Origin: an uncultured archaeon
Lineage (GTDB): Archaea; Asgardarchaeota; Thorarchaeia; Thorarchaeales; Thorarchaeaceae
Assembly: GCA_964458565.1 (NCBI GenBank)
Contig: CAYWJO010000037.1
Location: forward strand, 1-34,598
Reading direction: 5' to 3'
Length of the DNA: 34,598 nt
The notes below the pieces were generated by a model. The model saw only the letters and a program-made list of their open reading frames with translations, was not told the DNA's origin and made no database searches. Every line of letters begins with the position of its first letter. Position 1 is the stretch's first letter. Below, piece by piece: positions 18,200 through 28,054 of the stretch. A program made the translations under genes and the position numbers.

Positions 18200-18312
18200 T
18201 AGATCTTTACATTCGGGCATCTCTCCACTATCTCCATGTTCATGCTGGTAAACTTTCATCAATAGTAATTTGTAAGTTAGAGTGTATAGATTAAAAATAA
18301 CGGCTGATTATA

Positions 18313-19413
18313 TTGGATCGTTGGATCATGCATATAGATATGGATGCATTCTTCGCAAGTGTTGAACAGTATCGGAATCATCCAGAGTTAATAGGACAAC
18401 CAGTTTGTGTAGGTCACGATCCTAAGAAAGGTAGGGGGAGAGGCGTAGTAAGAGCTGCGTCATACGAAGCAAGAGCTAAAGGTATTAGGTCAGGTATGCC
18501 TGTTTCAGAAGCCTATCGTCTGTGCCCAGAAGCCGCGTTTATTCAAGGTGAGTTTTCATCATATGGAGAAGCCTCTGATGAATTTATGGAAATATTAACC
18601 GATTTTGGAGATGACGGGCGAGTAAGAAGAGCATCTATCGATGAAGCGTATATAGAAACAACCTTTCGCACCTTGGAGTACAATCATCCAAGAAACCTTG
18701 CAAAAGAAATCCAGTCAACAATAAAGAATGAAACTGCTCTACCTTGTTCTATTGGAATTGCTTCAAGTATTAGTGTGGCTAAGATTGCTACGGGTCAGAA
18801 TAAACCAATGGGAGTGACATTTGTCCCTCAAGATCCAGAAGCAATCCTAGAGTTCCTAGCTCCTTTGCCTGTAGATGCTATCAATGGCATTGGTAAAGTC
18901 ACGGGTGAACGGTTACGAAAATACGGATTGGAAACGCTAGGTCAAATTCAGGAATTGGATATTCCATCGTTGTGGCCTATTATGGGCCGATCTTCTTCAT
19001 GGATTCTAAACCGTGCACGTGGTATCGATACAAGACCATTAATTGATAATGGTCCAAGAGTCAGGAAATCTATTAGTAAAGATAGAACTTTTCTTGAGGA
19101 TGTAGAACCTGAATCGATAGATTTTCTTCACGAATCAATTAGCAAGATATGTTCTCGTATCTCTGAAAAATTAACAAAGAAGCATCTATCATTCAAAACA
19201 GTCACTGTGAAGATTAGATATGGAGATTATAAAACAATTCAGAGAAGCAAAAGCCTTCCTGTGTTTACAAACAAGGGTGATTCCTTAGAAAGGCTTGCAC
19301 TTGATATATTTGATCAAAATAAAAATCCCGAAAAAAATATTCGTTTAATTGGAGTGAAGGTTTCAGCTCTTAGGGAAACTGAATCACAGGTACTGCTAAC
19401 CCAATTCTATTAA
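18313..19413 (+). CDS. dinB: Y-family DNA polymerase IV
   Basis: HIDMDAFFASVE, ASYEAR..G..SGMP, SIDEAY, GIGKVT, little finger IRLIGV, C-terminal PIP box QVLLTQFY. Confidence 0.95.
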   Translation: MDRWIMHIDMDAFFASVEQYRNHPELIGQPVCVGHDPKKGRGRGVVRAASYEARAKGIRSGMPVSEAYRLCPEAAFIQGEFSSYGEASDEFMEILTDFGDDGRVRRASIDEAYIETTFRTLEYNHPRNLAKEIQSTIKNETALPCSIGIASSISVAKIATGQNKPMGVTFVPQDPEAILEFLAPLPVDAINGIGKVTGERLRKYGLETLGQIQELDIPSLWPIMGRSSSWILNRARGIDTRPLIDNGPRVRKSISKDRTFLEDVEPESIDFLHESISKICSRISEKLTKKHLSFKTVTVKIRYGDYKTIQRSKSLPVFTNKGDSLERLALDIFDQNKNPEKNIRLIGVKVSALRETESQVLLTQFY

Positions 19414-19447
19414 ATATGACCACATATCAGATACACGGAGATTCTAC

Positions 19448-20161
19448 GTGAATAGAATGAATATTGTCGAAGCGAGGTTCATTGATAGACCCAATCGCTT
19501 CTTAGGCCGTGTGGAACTAAATGGAACTCTAGTTGAAGCTTTCATTCCAAATCCTGGAAGAATGAATGAATTAATGATACCTGGAAAAAGAGTGTATCTG
19601 AGAGAGAATGCAGCAGTACATAGGAAAACAAGTTATGATATGATAGCTGTAGATCATGAAGGTTTACTGATTTCAATCGATTCTAATCTTCCGAATAAAT
19701 TCATGAAGCGTATTCTGAGTAACAAGAGACTCCCCATGTTCAAGGACTATGACCACATTAAATCTGAACCTCCCATGTATCAAGGCCGGTTTGATTTTCT
19801 TCTTACCGGTGAAAATTCCAGTATTGTTATTGAGATAAAATCTTGCACACTAGTTGAGAATAACCGTGCAATCTTTCCTGATGCTCCAACAATAAGAGGA
19901 GCGAGACACATGAAACATCTTGCCAGTGCCCTTAAGGATGGAATGGTGAATCGAGCTGCAGTTATTTTCGTGATACAACGACCAGATGCCAATGTATTCT
20001 CACCAAATGATCCGACTGATCCACAATTTGGCGATAACCTTCGAGAAGCAAGGAAAGCTGGTGTAGAGGTGATTCCAATCCTCACAGAATTAAAGGATTG
20101 GGACTTAAAATTTCTCAAGATTCTACCTTATGATCTTGATTACTTTCTTACTAGCAATTAA
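19448..20161 (+). CDS. sfsA: DNA/RNA nuclease SfsA
   Basis: RPNRF, PNPGRM, RFDFLL, EIKSCTLV, FPDAPTIRGARHM. Confidence 0.93.
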   Translation: MNRMNIVEARFIDRPNRFLGRVELNGTLVEAFIPNPGRMNELMIPGKRVYLRENAAVHRKTSYDMIAVDHEGLLISIDSNLPNKFMKRILSNKRLPMFKDYDHIKSEPPMYQGRFDFLLTGENSSIVIEIKSCTLVENNRAIFPDAPTIRGARHMKHLASALKDGMVNRAAVIFVIQRPDANVFSPNDPTDPQFGDNLREARKAGVEVIPILTELKDWDLKFLKILPYDLDYFLTSN

Positions 20162-20222
20162 TGCTTTAGACAAATGACATTAAAGGAGTATTTTTTTACT
20201 TCAGGAGAACCTTTCAATAACT

Positions 20223-21302
20223 ATGGAGTATTGGCATATGCAACGAAGAGAAATCTGGCTCCTCATATTAGCCGCAATAATTCTGATGTACATTATCCCG
20301 TATTTCATAATTATTGATGGATCAGGAACAGATCCAATCACAGGAGCCTTTAGCGTTCTTTGGGATTTCTCAAGGAGAGTATTACCAGAAAACATAGCCA
20401 AGGAAAACCTCCTCCCTCCAGCTATTCTCACGCTGGTTATGCTTGCGCCTGGTCTTTACTATATATTCACCATGACTAAAGAGGGTGAAAAGCCGCAATA
20501 TCTTCATCAGATGATTATCATATTCGTGATTTCTTGGTCAGCATTGCTTTTTCTTGTACCAAGTTCAATATGGAGTTACGAGGGAATATCTCTAAAGCCC
20601 GAGGCAGATTATTGGATTACTCTCCCTAACTTTGTAACATTATCTTTGATACTCTTCGTTCTTATCCCATCACTTATGCTACATCAATCGAAGAAAAAGA
20701 AAACTGCTCTTGATATAGAAGTAGAGAAAAAACGCCCAATTTATCGACAGCCTGGAGTGATACTCGCGTTAGTGATTCTATTTATTCCCGACTTCATATC
20801 ATTTCATACTCATTCAACTAGAATCTGGAACTCTCAAACCTACCTAGAGTTTGGGACCATAGGCTATACACTTAGTATTCAGTTCGTCCGAACCTTTAAT
20901 CAAACAAATACATCATTATTTCTGATAATTACTCCAGCACCTACATTTCCTGCATTTATTCTTAGGTGGATAATCTGTGTTGGTTTTTCCTATCAAGTGT
21001 TAGCTTATCTCAAGGATGAAACTACTCACAAACAAGCCATTATTGTAACACTTCTATCGGTTGCTGCAATGCTATTCCTGTCGATTATGTATTCAACCGA
21101 CTTCTTAGTTGGTGACTATTTTCGATATCCGATCCCATTTCCAATATTACAGCTTGCGGGATTCTCCTTGATTCAGAACCACCTTGAATCTAAACAAAGA
21201 GTAGCGAAGGATCCCGAGCAAAAAATAATCAAAATACCTCTTGTCTATATTCTCTATTCCAAATTCAGGAAGCAAATTGAGAAAGAAAGCGAGGTTACCT
21301 AA
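20223..21302 (+). CDS. Hypothetical multi-pass membrane protein
   Basis: 359 aa with about 8 hydrophobic segments; its stop abuts the ABC ATPase start. Confidence 0.7.
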   Translation: MEYWHMQRREIWLLILAAIILMYIIPYFIIIDGSGTDPITGAFSVLWDFSRRVLPENIAKENLLPPAILTLVMLAPGLYYIFTMTKEGEKPQYLHQMIIIFVISWSALLFLVPSSIWSYEGISLKPEADYWITLPNFVTLSLILFVLIPSLMLHQSKKKKTALDIEVEKKRPIYRQPGVILALVILFIPDFISFHTHSTRIWNSQTYLEFGTIGYTLSIQFVRTFNQTNTSLFLIITPAPTFPAFILRWIICVGFSYQVLAYLKDETTHKQAIIVTLLSVAAMLFLSIMYSTDFLVGDYFRYPIPFPILQLAGFSLIQNHLESKQRVAKDPEQKIIKIPLVYILYSKFRKQIEKESEVT

Positions 21303-21303
21303 C

Positions 21304-22230
21304 ATGGATACTCTCTCATTACTACAGAAAATGTCTGATGCCGAGCTCATTGAATTAGCCAAGTCTGTATCTTTGCCATTGACCGAACGCACAGTTGGGC
21401 GGAAATGGTTGTTGGATACTCTCTCAAATGCAATTGACAAAAAACAACTCGGATTGAATGATTTCCAACAATCTGCACTCAACGATCCAGCAATCAAGCT
21501 AACAGAACTCTCAAAGCACTTTGGTTCTACTATCGCAGTTGATTCATTAGACTTGGAATTAAAACCTGGCGAGATAATCGGACTTGTTGGTCCCAACGGA
21601 GCTGGTAAGACTACGACGATGCGAATGCTTACAGGTATTATCCAACCAACTTCTGGGAAAGTTTCAGTTAACGGCTTTGATATTCGAAAAGATCCAATAA
21701 AGGCAAAGACTGCCATAGGGTACATTCCTGAACGCCCTACATGTTACCCAAGTTTGAGTGTCAGAGAATATCTGACATTCATCTCAAGAATATATGAGGT
21801 ACCTCGTAGTAGGGCTTTATTAAGAATTAGAAGCTATGTGGAATTATTTCAGTTGAACCAATATCTGAATTCATACATCGGTACTTTATCAAAAGGGAAT
21901 CTACAGCGTACTCTTCTTGCGGGTATTTTCGTTCGAGATCCTCCATATATTCTAGCCTTTGATGAGCCAATATACGGCCTAGATCCTAGAGGCGCATGGA
22001 GTTTAAAACACCATCTTAAGACTTTAAGAGATGAGGGTAGTGCCATCCTAATTTCTACACACATTTTAGAGGTCGCGGAAGGACTTTGTGAAAAGTTTGT
22101 TATTATGAATGAAGGTGTTGTTGTAGGTAGTGGAACAATGGGTGAGATGAGAAATGAACATCCAGGAACCAACACGTTGGAGGAAATTTTCCTCGAGCTG
22201 ACAGGAGGAATTCCAACATACGACAGGTAG
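21304..22230 (+). CDS. ABC exporter ATP-binding protein with short N-terminal helical extension
   Basis: Walker A GPNGAGKTT, signature LSKGNLQR, Walker B ILAFDEP, H-loop STH. ATG 21304 follows GAGGT and the upstream stop. Confidence 0.92.
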   Translation: MDTLSLLQKMSDAELIELAKSVSLPLTERTVGRKWLLDTLSNAIDKKQLGLNDFQQSALNDPAIKLTELSKHFGSTIAVDSLDLELKPGEIIGLVGPNGAGKTTTMRMLTGIIQPTSGKVSVNGFDIRKDPIKAKTAIGYIPERPTCYPSLSVREYLTFISRIYEVPRSRALLRIRSYVELFQLNQYLNSYIGTLSKGNLQRTLLAGIFVRDPPYILAFDEPIYGLDPRGAWSLKHHLKTLRDEGSAILISTHILEVAEGLCEKFVIMNEGVVVGSGTMGEMRNEHPGTNTLEEIFLELTGGIPTYDR

Positions 22231-23823
22231 GTGAGTGGATTGTATTCAAAGACTGTGTTACTGATTAGAACTGAAATGAAGATGTTATTCAATCAATTTC
22301 GCAATACAATTTCTAATCCTTCAATGCTTACTTTCTATGGTACCTCTCTTGTGGGAGCATACTTTGTGAGTAACATTCTCTCAACTCTCATAGGTTTTGC
22401 TCCTATGTTTACAGGCATATCCTCAATATTTCAAACAAATCTTGAATTATCAGTCATGTATACTAGCTTTGCATTCATTACAGCATTAGCTGTAGTTGGA
22501 GGCTTTTTTGGAATTGGTCGAGCTGATGTTCTTGTACAGACTGATGAACACATAATCATGCCCGCGCCGATTCAACCATACCAACTTTTCATCACTCGTT
22601 ATTTTAGAAGATTTGTTAGAAGACTGGTCTATGTGATGGTCTCATTAGTAGTACTGCTACCTGTAATCAGCTCTGGAAATCTGATGTTTAGTGACGTACT
22701 ACTATCTGTTTCAGCTATTCTTTTGTTCTTTGAGGCAAATTACTTCATTGGAGGAATCGCATCCCATATACAGCGAAAAATATCTAGAAGCGCAAATCGT
22801 GGTTTACGTTATGGCATTTTATTTCTGATGATTTTGTTGGTTCTAATACCCTCAATTCCCCTATTAATTTACAATCCTGTCTTTCAATTTTTTGTACCAT
22901 CTACAAGCACAGTATCAACAATCATTGCATTAACTGGTATTCAATCAATAGGTGTAGACCCGCTTCTAAGCTTTGGTGGACTTCTATTGACCTTTCTCAT
23001 TCTCGGTTTAATACTTTCAATATTATTCAATTTTCAAGACTATGAGATTTATTCTACAAATCGAGACATAATGCACGAAAAGAGTGGTTTTAGAAGTCTT
23101 GTTAGAGGACAAATCGATTTCTCTAACACACGTTTTAGAGACCCTATGATTTGGATAATGTTGAAAGATTTCTGGACTAGAATGAGGTCTCCCTTTCAAT
23201 TTTGGAAGTATGTGTATATCTTGGTTGGAACCATCTCAGTTCTCCTTCTTAACCTAATACAACCTGTAGGAATTGATCCCATTCGTGTACCCGGTGAATT
23301 CAATTATGCGGCAATTCCAGCATTTCTGATAATGCTCCTACTATTGTCACAAATGACAAGTGTGACGTCATTACTAAGTTTTGTAGATGAACGTGAGAAT
23401 ATTTACTTGCTAAAAGTAAGTCCATTCAGCTCGAAAGATATTGTTCTTGGGAAATATCTACTGAGCTTAATTGAATCAGGTCTTGCAGCGATACCTATCT
23501 TTGGAATCCTCGTCTTCTTCTTGCGAGTGGATAATTCAATAATACTACTTACTATTGGGATTCCATTTCTCCTGATATTTTCAGCAACAGGTACTATGTT
23601 TGGAGCGTATATACCTGTATTTACAAACGATCCAAGAACTCCGCCCGTGCCTCTTGCATTTGCATTTCCAACTCTCAATTTAATCATTGGCGCTGCAATA
23701 ATCTATCTACTCACAGTCACAAAAGCCGGTATCCTCTTCACTATTATGCTACCCGTGATAACGCTAAGTCTTGTTATCGTCTTTCTTATGCTATCAATTA
23801 TTGCGTTGAGGTCATATCTTTAG
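22231..23823 (+). CDS. ABC exporter permease
   Basis: Starts immediately after the ATPase stop. 530 aa multi-TM with two halves (APIQPYQLFITRY; LLKVSPFSSKDIVLGKYL). Confidence 0.82.
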   Translation: MSGLYSKTVLLIRTEMKMLFNQFRNTISNPSMLTFYGTSLVGAYFVSNILSTLIGFAPMFTGISSIFQTNLELSVMYTSFAFITALAVVGGFFGIGRADVLVQTDEHIIMPAPIQPYQLFITRYFRRFVRRLVYVMVSLVVLLPVISSGNLMFSDVLLSVSAILLFFEANYFIGGIASHIQRKISRSANRGLRYGILFLMILLVLIPSIPLLIYNPVFQFFVPSTSTVSTIIALTGIQSIGVDPLLSFGGLLLTFLILGLILSILFNFQDYEIYSTNRDIMHEKSGFRSLVRGQIDFSNTRFRDPMIWIMLKDFWTRMRSPFQFWKYVYILVGTISVLLLNLIQPVGIDPIRVPGEFNYAAIPAFLIMLLLLSQMTSVTSLLSFVDERENIYLLKVSPFSSKDIVLGKYLLSLIESGLAAIPIFGILVFFLRVDNSIILLTIGIPFLLIFSATGTMFGAYIPVFTNDPRTPPVPLAFAFPTLNLIIGAAIIYLLTVTKAGILFTIMLPVITLSLVIVFLMLSIIALRSYL

Positions 23824-25732
23824 GTTTCCTTACTTGAGCTATTCGTAGTGCATTGAGTACAACAGCGATGGTAAGACCTACGTCACCCAATATTAGAGCT
23901 AGCCACAAGCTAATCATACCAATCATGGCTAACGCGGCTATCACAAGTTTTACTGAGATTGAAAACATAACATTTGCTTTGATCACAGACATTGTTCTCT
24001 TTGCTCTATCGATTAATGAAGGGAGTTTGGAAATATCTTCGTTCATCAGCACTACATCTGCAGTTTCAACTGCTATATCGGATGCGATTCCACCGACTGC
24101 AATTCCTACGTCAGCAGCGGCAAGTGAGGGAGCATCGTTAATTCCATCGCCAACCATTACAGTTGTCTGTTGATTTGAGAGTTCGCGTATCGCTTCAACC
24201 TTTTCATGTGGTAGGAGATTGGATTTATACCTTCTAATTCCAAGTGAGGTAGCAACTTCTTCAGCTGCAGATTTATCATCACCAGTGAGCATTATTGTTT
24301 CAATACCTAATCCTCTCAATTTTGATAATGTAATCTTGCTGGTTTCTCTAATTTCATCATTCAAGCTTATTGTGCCAAGTATCGACCTGTCCTGTAGCAC
24401 ATATACAAGAGTTCCAGAACCACAAACATGATCTTTTGGAATGGTAATGCTGAGATCGTCTAGTAAGGTGCTATTGCCTATCGAATATGATACGCCCCCT
24501 ATATCACCTGTAACTCCTTTACCCGCAATTGAAACAAAAGATGTCGCCGGTTTATACTCGGAATTTATTCCAGTTGCCGCTCGTGTTATTGCAGTAGCAA
24601 TTGGATGTTCAGACTTCGACTCAAGTTGTGCTGCAATCGAAATCAACTCGGATTGGTTCAATGACTCATGAAGACAGATATTCTCAACGCTAAGTATGCC
24701 TTTTGTTAAAGTTCCTGTTTTATCAAACGCAATTATTCTAGTATCACTCAAATATTCAATAATCTCAGATCCTTTTACCAGTACACCATCTCTAGCTGAT
24801 GAACCGAGCGCACTTACCATGCTAACTGGAATCGAAATCGCGAAAGCACATGGACATGATACAACAAGCAGAGCAAGTCCACGATATATTGCATCAGTCG
24901 GCGTGAAACCAAGAACGATAAACCCTACCGCAACAAAGAGTGCGGTGAATACAACTAGGGGTGTGTAAATATGTGAGAATCTAGACACAAATTTCTCAGT
25001 TGGTGATTTACGTTTTTTCGTTTCTGATACCAATTCGATTATTTTTGCTAGTACAGTTTCATGCGAATTTTTTGTCACTTCAACTTCTAGATATCCATCT
25101 AGATTCATCGTTCCTGCAAATACCTCGTCACCATAAGACTTTGATTCAGGTACGGATTCGCCTGTTATTGAAGATTGATCTACTGATGATTCTCCATCAA
25201 TGACCATGCCATCCAACCCAATCAATTGACCTGGCCGCACAATCATTACATCTCCCTCTATCACATCTTCAACATTGGCACATACCTCCGAGCCTTGGAC
25301 AAGTAACGTAACAGAAGGTGGCTCTAACTCGAGAAGGTCTTGGATTTCTCCTTTTACTATAGTTTCAGTTCTGCGTTCCAATAAATCTGCAATGAAGAAC
25401 AGAAAGAGAACTGATGCACCTTCTGCGGGAGCTCCAATTAAGAAAGCTCCAATAGACGCACTAGTCATGAGAAAATTTACATCTAAATGAAATTTAATAA
25501 CGCCTCTTAAACCTCTTGGGATTATCCAGCGACCCGCAGATAATGCTGCAATTACGTATGCTAAATACATTAGAACATCGTTAAAACCAGATATTTCTAT
25601 TAATATTCCAAGAGCCAGTGAGAATGCAGATACGACACCAAGAGTGTATCTCCTCCGAAGAGATATGTTCACTGCATGTTCTTCTTCAAGAGCACATACA
25701 GCACATGAATGACCATCAACTTGCTTGGACAT
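23798..25732 (-). CDS. zntA: Heavy-metal P1B-type ATPase, Zn/Cd/Pb (P1B-2) type
   Basis: TGES, CPC, DKTGTLT, SEHP, GDGINDAP. The TM7 Lys (SVK) and TM8 GDVG match P1B-2. It has a short N-terminal HSCAVC...H instead of an HMA domain. Confidence 0.92.
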   Translation of the reverse strand: MSKQVDGHSCAVCALEEEHAVNISLRRRYTLGVVSAFSLALGILIEISGFNDVLMYLAYVIAALSAGRWIIPRGLRGVIKFHLDVNFLMTSASIGAFLIGAPAEGASVLFLFFIADLLERRTETIVKGEIQDLLELEPPSVTLLVQGSEVCANVEDVIEGDVMIVRPGQLIGLDGMVIDGESSVDQSSITGESVPESKSYGDEVFAGTMNLDGYLEVEVTKNSHETVLAKIIELVSETKKRKSPTEKFVSRFSHIYTPLVVFTALFVAVGFIVLGFTPTDAIYRGLALLVVSCPCAFAISIPVSMVSALGSSARDGVLVKGSEIIEYLSDTRIIAFDKTGTLTKGILSVENICLHESLNQSELISIAAQLESKSEHPIATAITRAATGINSEYKPATSFVSIAGKGVTGDIGGVSYSIGNSTLLDDLSITIPKDHVCGSGTLVYVLQDRSILGTISLNDEIRETSKITLSKLRGLGIETIMLTGDDKSAAEEVATSLGIRRYKSNLLPHEKVEAIRELSNQQTTVMVGDGINDAPSLAAADVGIAVGGIASDIAVETADVVLMNEDISKLPSLIDRAKRTMSVIKANVMFSISVKLVIAALAMIGMISLWLALILGDVGLTIAVVLNALRIAQVRKPKDMTSTQ

Positions 25733-26033
25733 GGTCTTTGGTTCTCCTGAGGATATCTTCTATGCAATCATCTTCGATTTTGTAACCGATTCTTCTCCCA
25801 TCGGCAGGGTCTCTTCTTTTACTGACAAAACCAAGTAACTCAAGTAATGATAAGTGATGGCTCACATTGCTCTGACTTAGGTTTAGAATATCTGTTATGT
25901 CAGATACATACATTTCACCCTGTTCCATAAGCAACCACAAAATTCTGACACGTGACTCATCTGACAGGATTCTGAATATTCGTACAGTTTTCTGTAGCTC
26001 TTCTGAGTTAGTATCATCGATTATTGTCAGCAT
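25716..26033 (-). CDS. ArsR/SmtB family metalloregulator
   Basis: FRILSDESRVRIL...EMYVSDI...SQSNVSHHLSLL; overlaps the ATPase start. Confidence 0.92.
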   Translation of the reverse strand: MLTIIDDTNSEELQKTVRIFRILSDESRVRILWLLMEQGEMYVSDITDILNLSQSNVSHHLSLLELLGFVSKRRDPADGRRIGYKIEDDCIEDILRRTKDHVQAS

Positions 26034-26050
26034 AATTCATCACACTTTAC

Positions 26051-26066
26051 ATGAATATATGTTCAT
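26051..26066. promoter_or_regulatory. SmtB/CzrA-type operator palindrome
   Basis: ATGAA-TATATG-TTCAT (TGAA-N6-TTCA), 18-33 bp upstream of the arsR start. Confidence 0.8.
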
Positions 26067-26183
26067 ATAATTATATATTAATGTTCTTAAATGTACTAAC
26101 TATGATTCAATTCCCACAAGCATTCTTTATTTGTTTCTCCTCATGCATGTAATTGCAAAAACGAAACCGTTCCATACAGACTT

Positions 26184-27992
26184 GTGAATCACACCACTCT
26201 CCGAGAGTGTTATCACATGCAGGATGTAAGAGACAAAGACTCAGAGGTCGATAACAAATATCGAAACATCTTAGAGATGGCTAATGATGGCATTGTTGTT
26301 GTTCAAGATGAAGTAATAGTAATGTGCAATCCTGCATTTGCAGATATGCTTCAATATGAAACAAAAGACGTATTGGGGCGAAGATTTGTAGATTTCCTAG
26401 ATCCCGTCGCTACACACCTTTATCATGAAAATCAAGAGAAATTCATTTGGGGTCAACAGAATCGACCTAGCTTCAGAATAAGATTACTAAACTCGATAAA
26501 TGAAACGACTACATTCGAGGTTTCTACTGCTGATTTCATTTATGATTCTCAACCTGCGATATGTGTTATCGCTCGTAATATTACAGAAAAAATGGCTCTA
26601 GAATCAGCAATAGAGGCATCTGAATCACGGTATCGGAACCTTTTCAATTCCTCACCAATTGCGTATTTCACCTTGAGTCCTAGAGGTACTATCCAGCAAG
26701 TGAATTCTGCAGCATGTAGATTACTAGGTCATCAGGAATCTGATCTTCTGAAGAGGAATATATCTACATTCATACCTAAAGATGAATCTGATGTTGATAT
26801 TGCAGTTCAAATATTGATTGAAATAAACCAAGGAAAGAGCATAAAGAATTTTGAAATGAAGATGACTCGCAAAGGTGGAGAATCAATATGGGTGAGTTTA
26901 ACCGCCAGCCCTCTCCAATCTTCTCAAGGTGTTCCAGATATAGGATTCATGCTTGGTGACATTAATCGTAGAAAAATTGCAGAACTTCGAGAGCAACAAG
27001 AACGAAATAGAGCGAACCTCTATCTCGAAGTAATGACTCACGATTTGAATAATGTGAATCAGAGTTTGATGTTCTCGCTTGAGCTACTGAGAGAAAAAAT
27101 GGAATTGCCTCCAACTGTCGATGATATGCTGCGTGATACAAGATGGAGTGTTCGTCGTTCCTCTCGCTTGATTTCTTCAATGAGGTCGATCATTAATCTA
27201 AGAGATAATCCCCCTGAAACTGTAAAGTGTGACATCTATGAGTCAATTCAGAAGGGTATCAAACTTGCGCAAGACGACCTTCCTTGGAAAAATCTAGAAG
27301 TCAGAAGCAATATCGATCCTGAAACTTATTTTGTAGCAGGTCATTCATATCTTGATAATGTGTTCTTTCATCTTATTCATAATGCCTTAACTCATGATGA
27401 AAAGGATAATGTGAAAGTAGAGATAACCGGAGAGTACATGTCCTCAACCAATACGATAAGGATTTGTATTGCAGACTATGGTCTTGGAGTTCCGGATGGA
27501 ATTAAGGACCTCATATTCAGAAGAACCGGACATCCAGACCAGCAGTTGGTTGGAAGGGGACTTGGTTTAACACTTGTTGATCAAATCGTGCGAGATCTCG
27601 AAGGTGAAGTATACCTAGTTAATCGAGTTGAGAATGATTATACTAAGGGTGCAAAGGTCATCCTAGAATTACCTGTTTGGGTTGAAATAATTGGACTGGA
27701 ATGCGGTAGAAGTGCTTGTATTACCTTCTATAAATCGAATCATTGCCTATTTTGTGATCCTACGTATGAAGTATTATTGAGCGTCATTGAGGAGATGGGT
27801 CTTCCAAGTTACCTCGTTGAAGTTTTTAATGTTGATGACCCGGATGTGAATATATCTGCAAGTGAATTGCCTATGCTACCTTTCATCAAAATCTGCAACG
27901 AGGAACTTACAGGTTTTGTAGGCGCTGATACTGTTCGAACTGCATTAATGGCACTCATGGTCCAATCCTGTTATCCGGGTAATTTAGAATAG
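26184..27992 (+). CDS. Cytoplasmic PAS-PAS histidine kinase with C-terminal thioredoxin-like CxxC domain (start may be ATG 26217)
   Basis: Two PAS domains (NDGIVVV..CNPAF; IQQVNSAACRLLGH...GESIWV), H-box MTHDLNN, N-box LIHNALTH, G1 ADYGLGVP, G2 GRGLGL, then FYKSNHCLFC...MLPFIKIC. Confidence 0.88.
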   Translation: MNHTTLRECYHMQDVRDKDSEVDNKYRNILEMANDGIVVVQDEVIVMCNPAFADMLQYETKDVLGRRFVDFLDPVATHLYHENQEKFIWGQQNRPSFRIRLLNSINETTTFEVSTADFIYDSQPAICVIARNITEKMALESAIEASESRYRNLFNSSPIAYFTLSPRGTIQQVNSAACRLLGHQESDLLKRNISTFIPKDESDVDIAVQILIEINQGKSIKNFEMKMTRKGGESIWVSLTASPLQSSQGVPDIGFMLGDINRRKIAELREQQERNRANLYLEVMTHDLNNVNQSLMFSLELLREKMELPPTVDDMLRDTRWSVRRSSRLISSMRSIINLRDNPPETVKCDIYESIQKGIKLAQDDLPWKNLEVRSNIDPETYFVAGHSYLDNVFFHLIHNALTHDEKDNVKVEITGEYMSSTNTIRICIADYGLGVPDGIKDLIFRRTGHPDQQLVGRGLGLTLVDQIVRDLEGEVYLVNRVENDYTKGAKVILELPVWVEIIGLECGRSACITFYKSNHCLFCDPTYEVLLSVIEEMGLPSYLVEVFNVDDPDVNISASELPMLPFIKICNEELTGFVGADTVRTALMALMVQSCYPGNLE

Positions 27993-28023
27993 AATTAAGC
28001 AGGAATTTAAGTAATTGCAACTA

Positions 28024-28033
28024 TTTTTTTTTT
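28024..28033 (+). terminator. Oligo-T tract, possible archaeal terminator
   Basis: T10 run about 30 nt downstream of the kinase stop. Confidence 0.4.
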
Positions 28034-28054
28034 CAAAGGGGTTGTGCCAGGTAA

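Noticed and set aside
14200-25490. Many antisense ORFs in the track (e.g. 14200..14649, 14938..15381, 21147..21725, 21849..22292, 23853..25490)
   Set aside because: Shadow frames of well-supported genes on the opposite strand, with no recognisable motifs.
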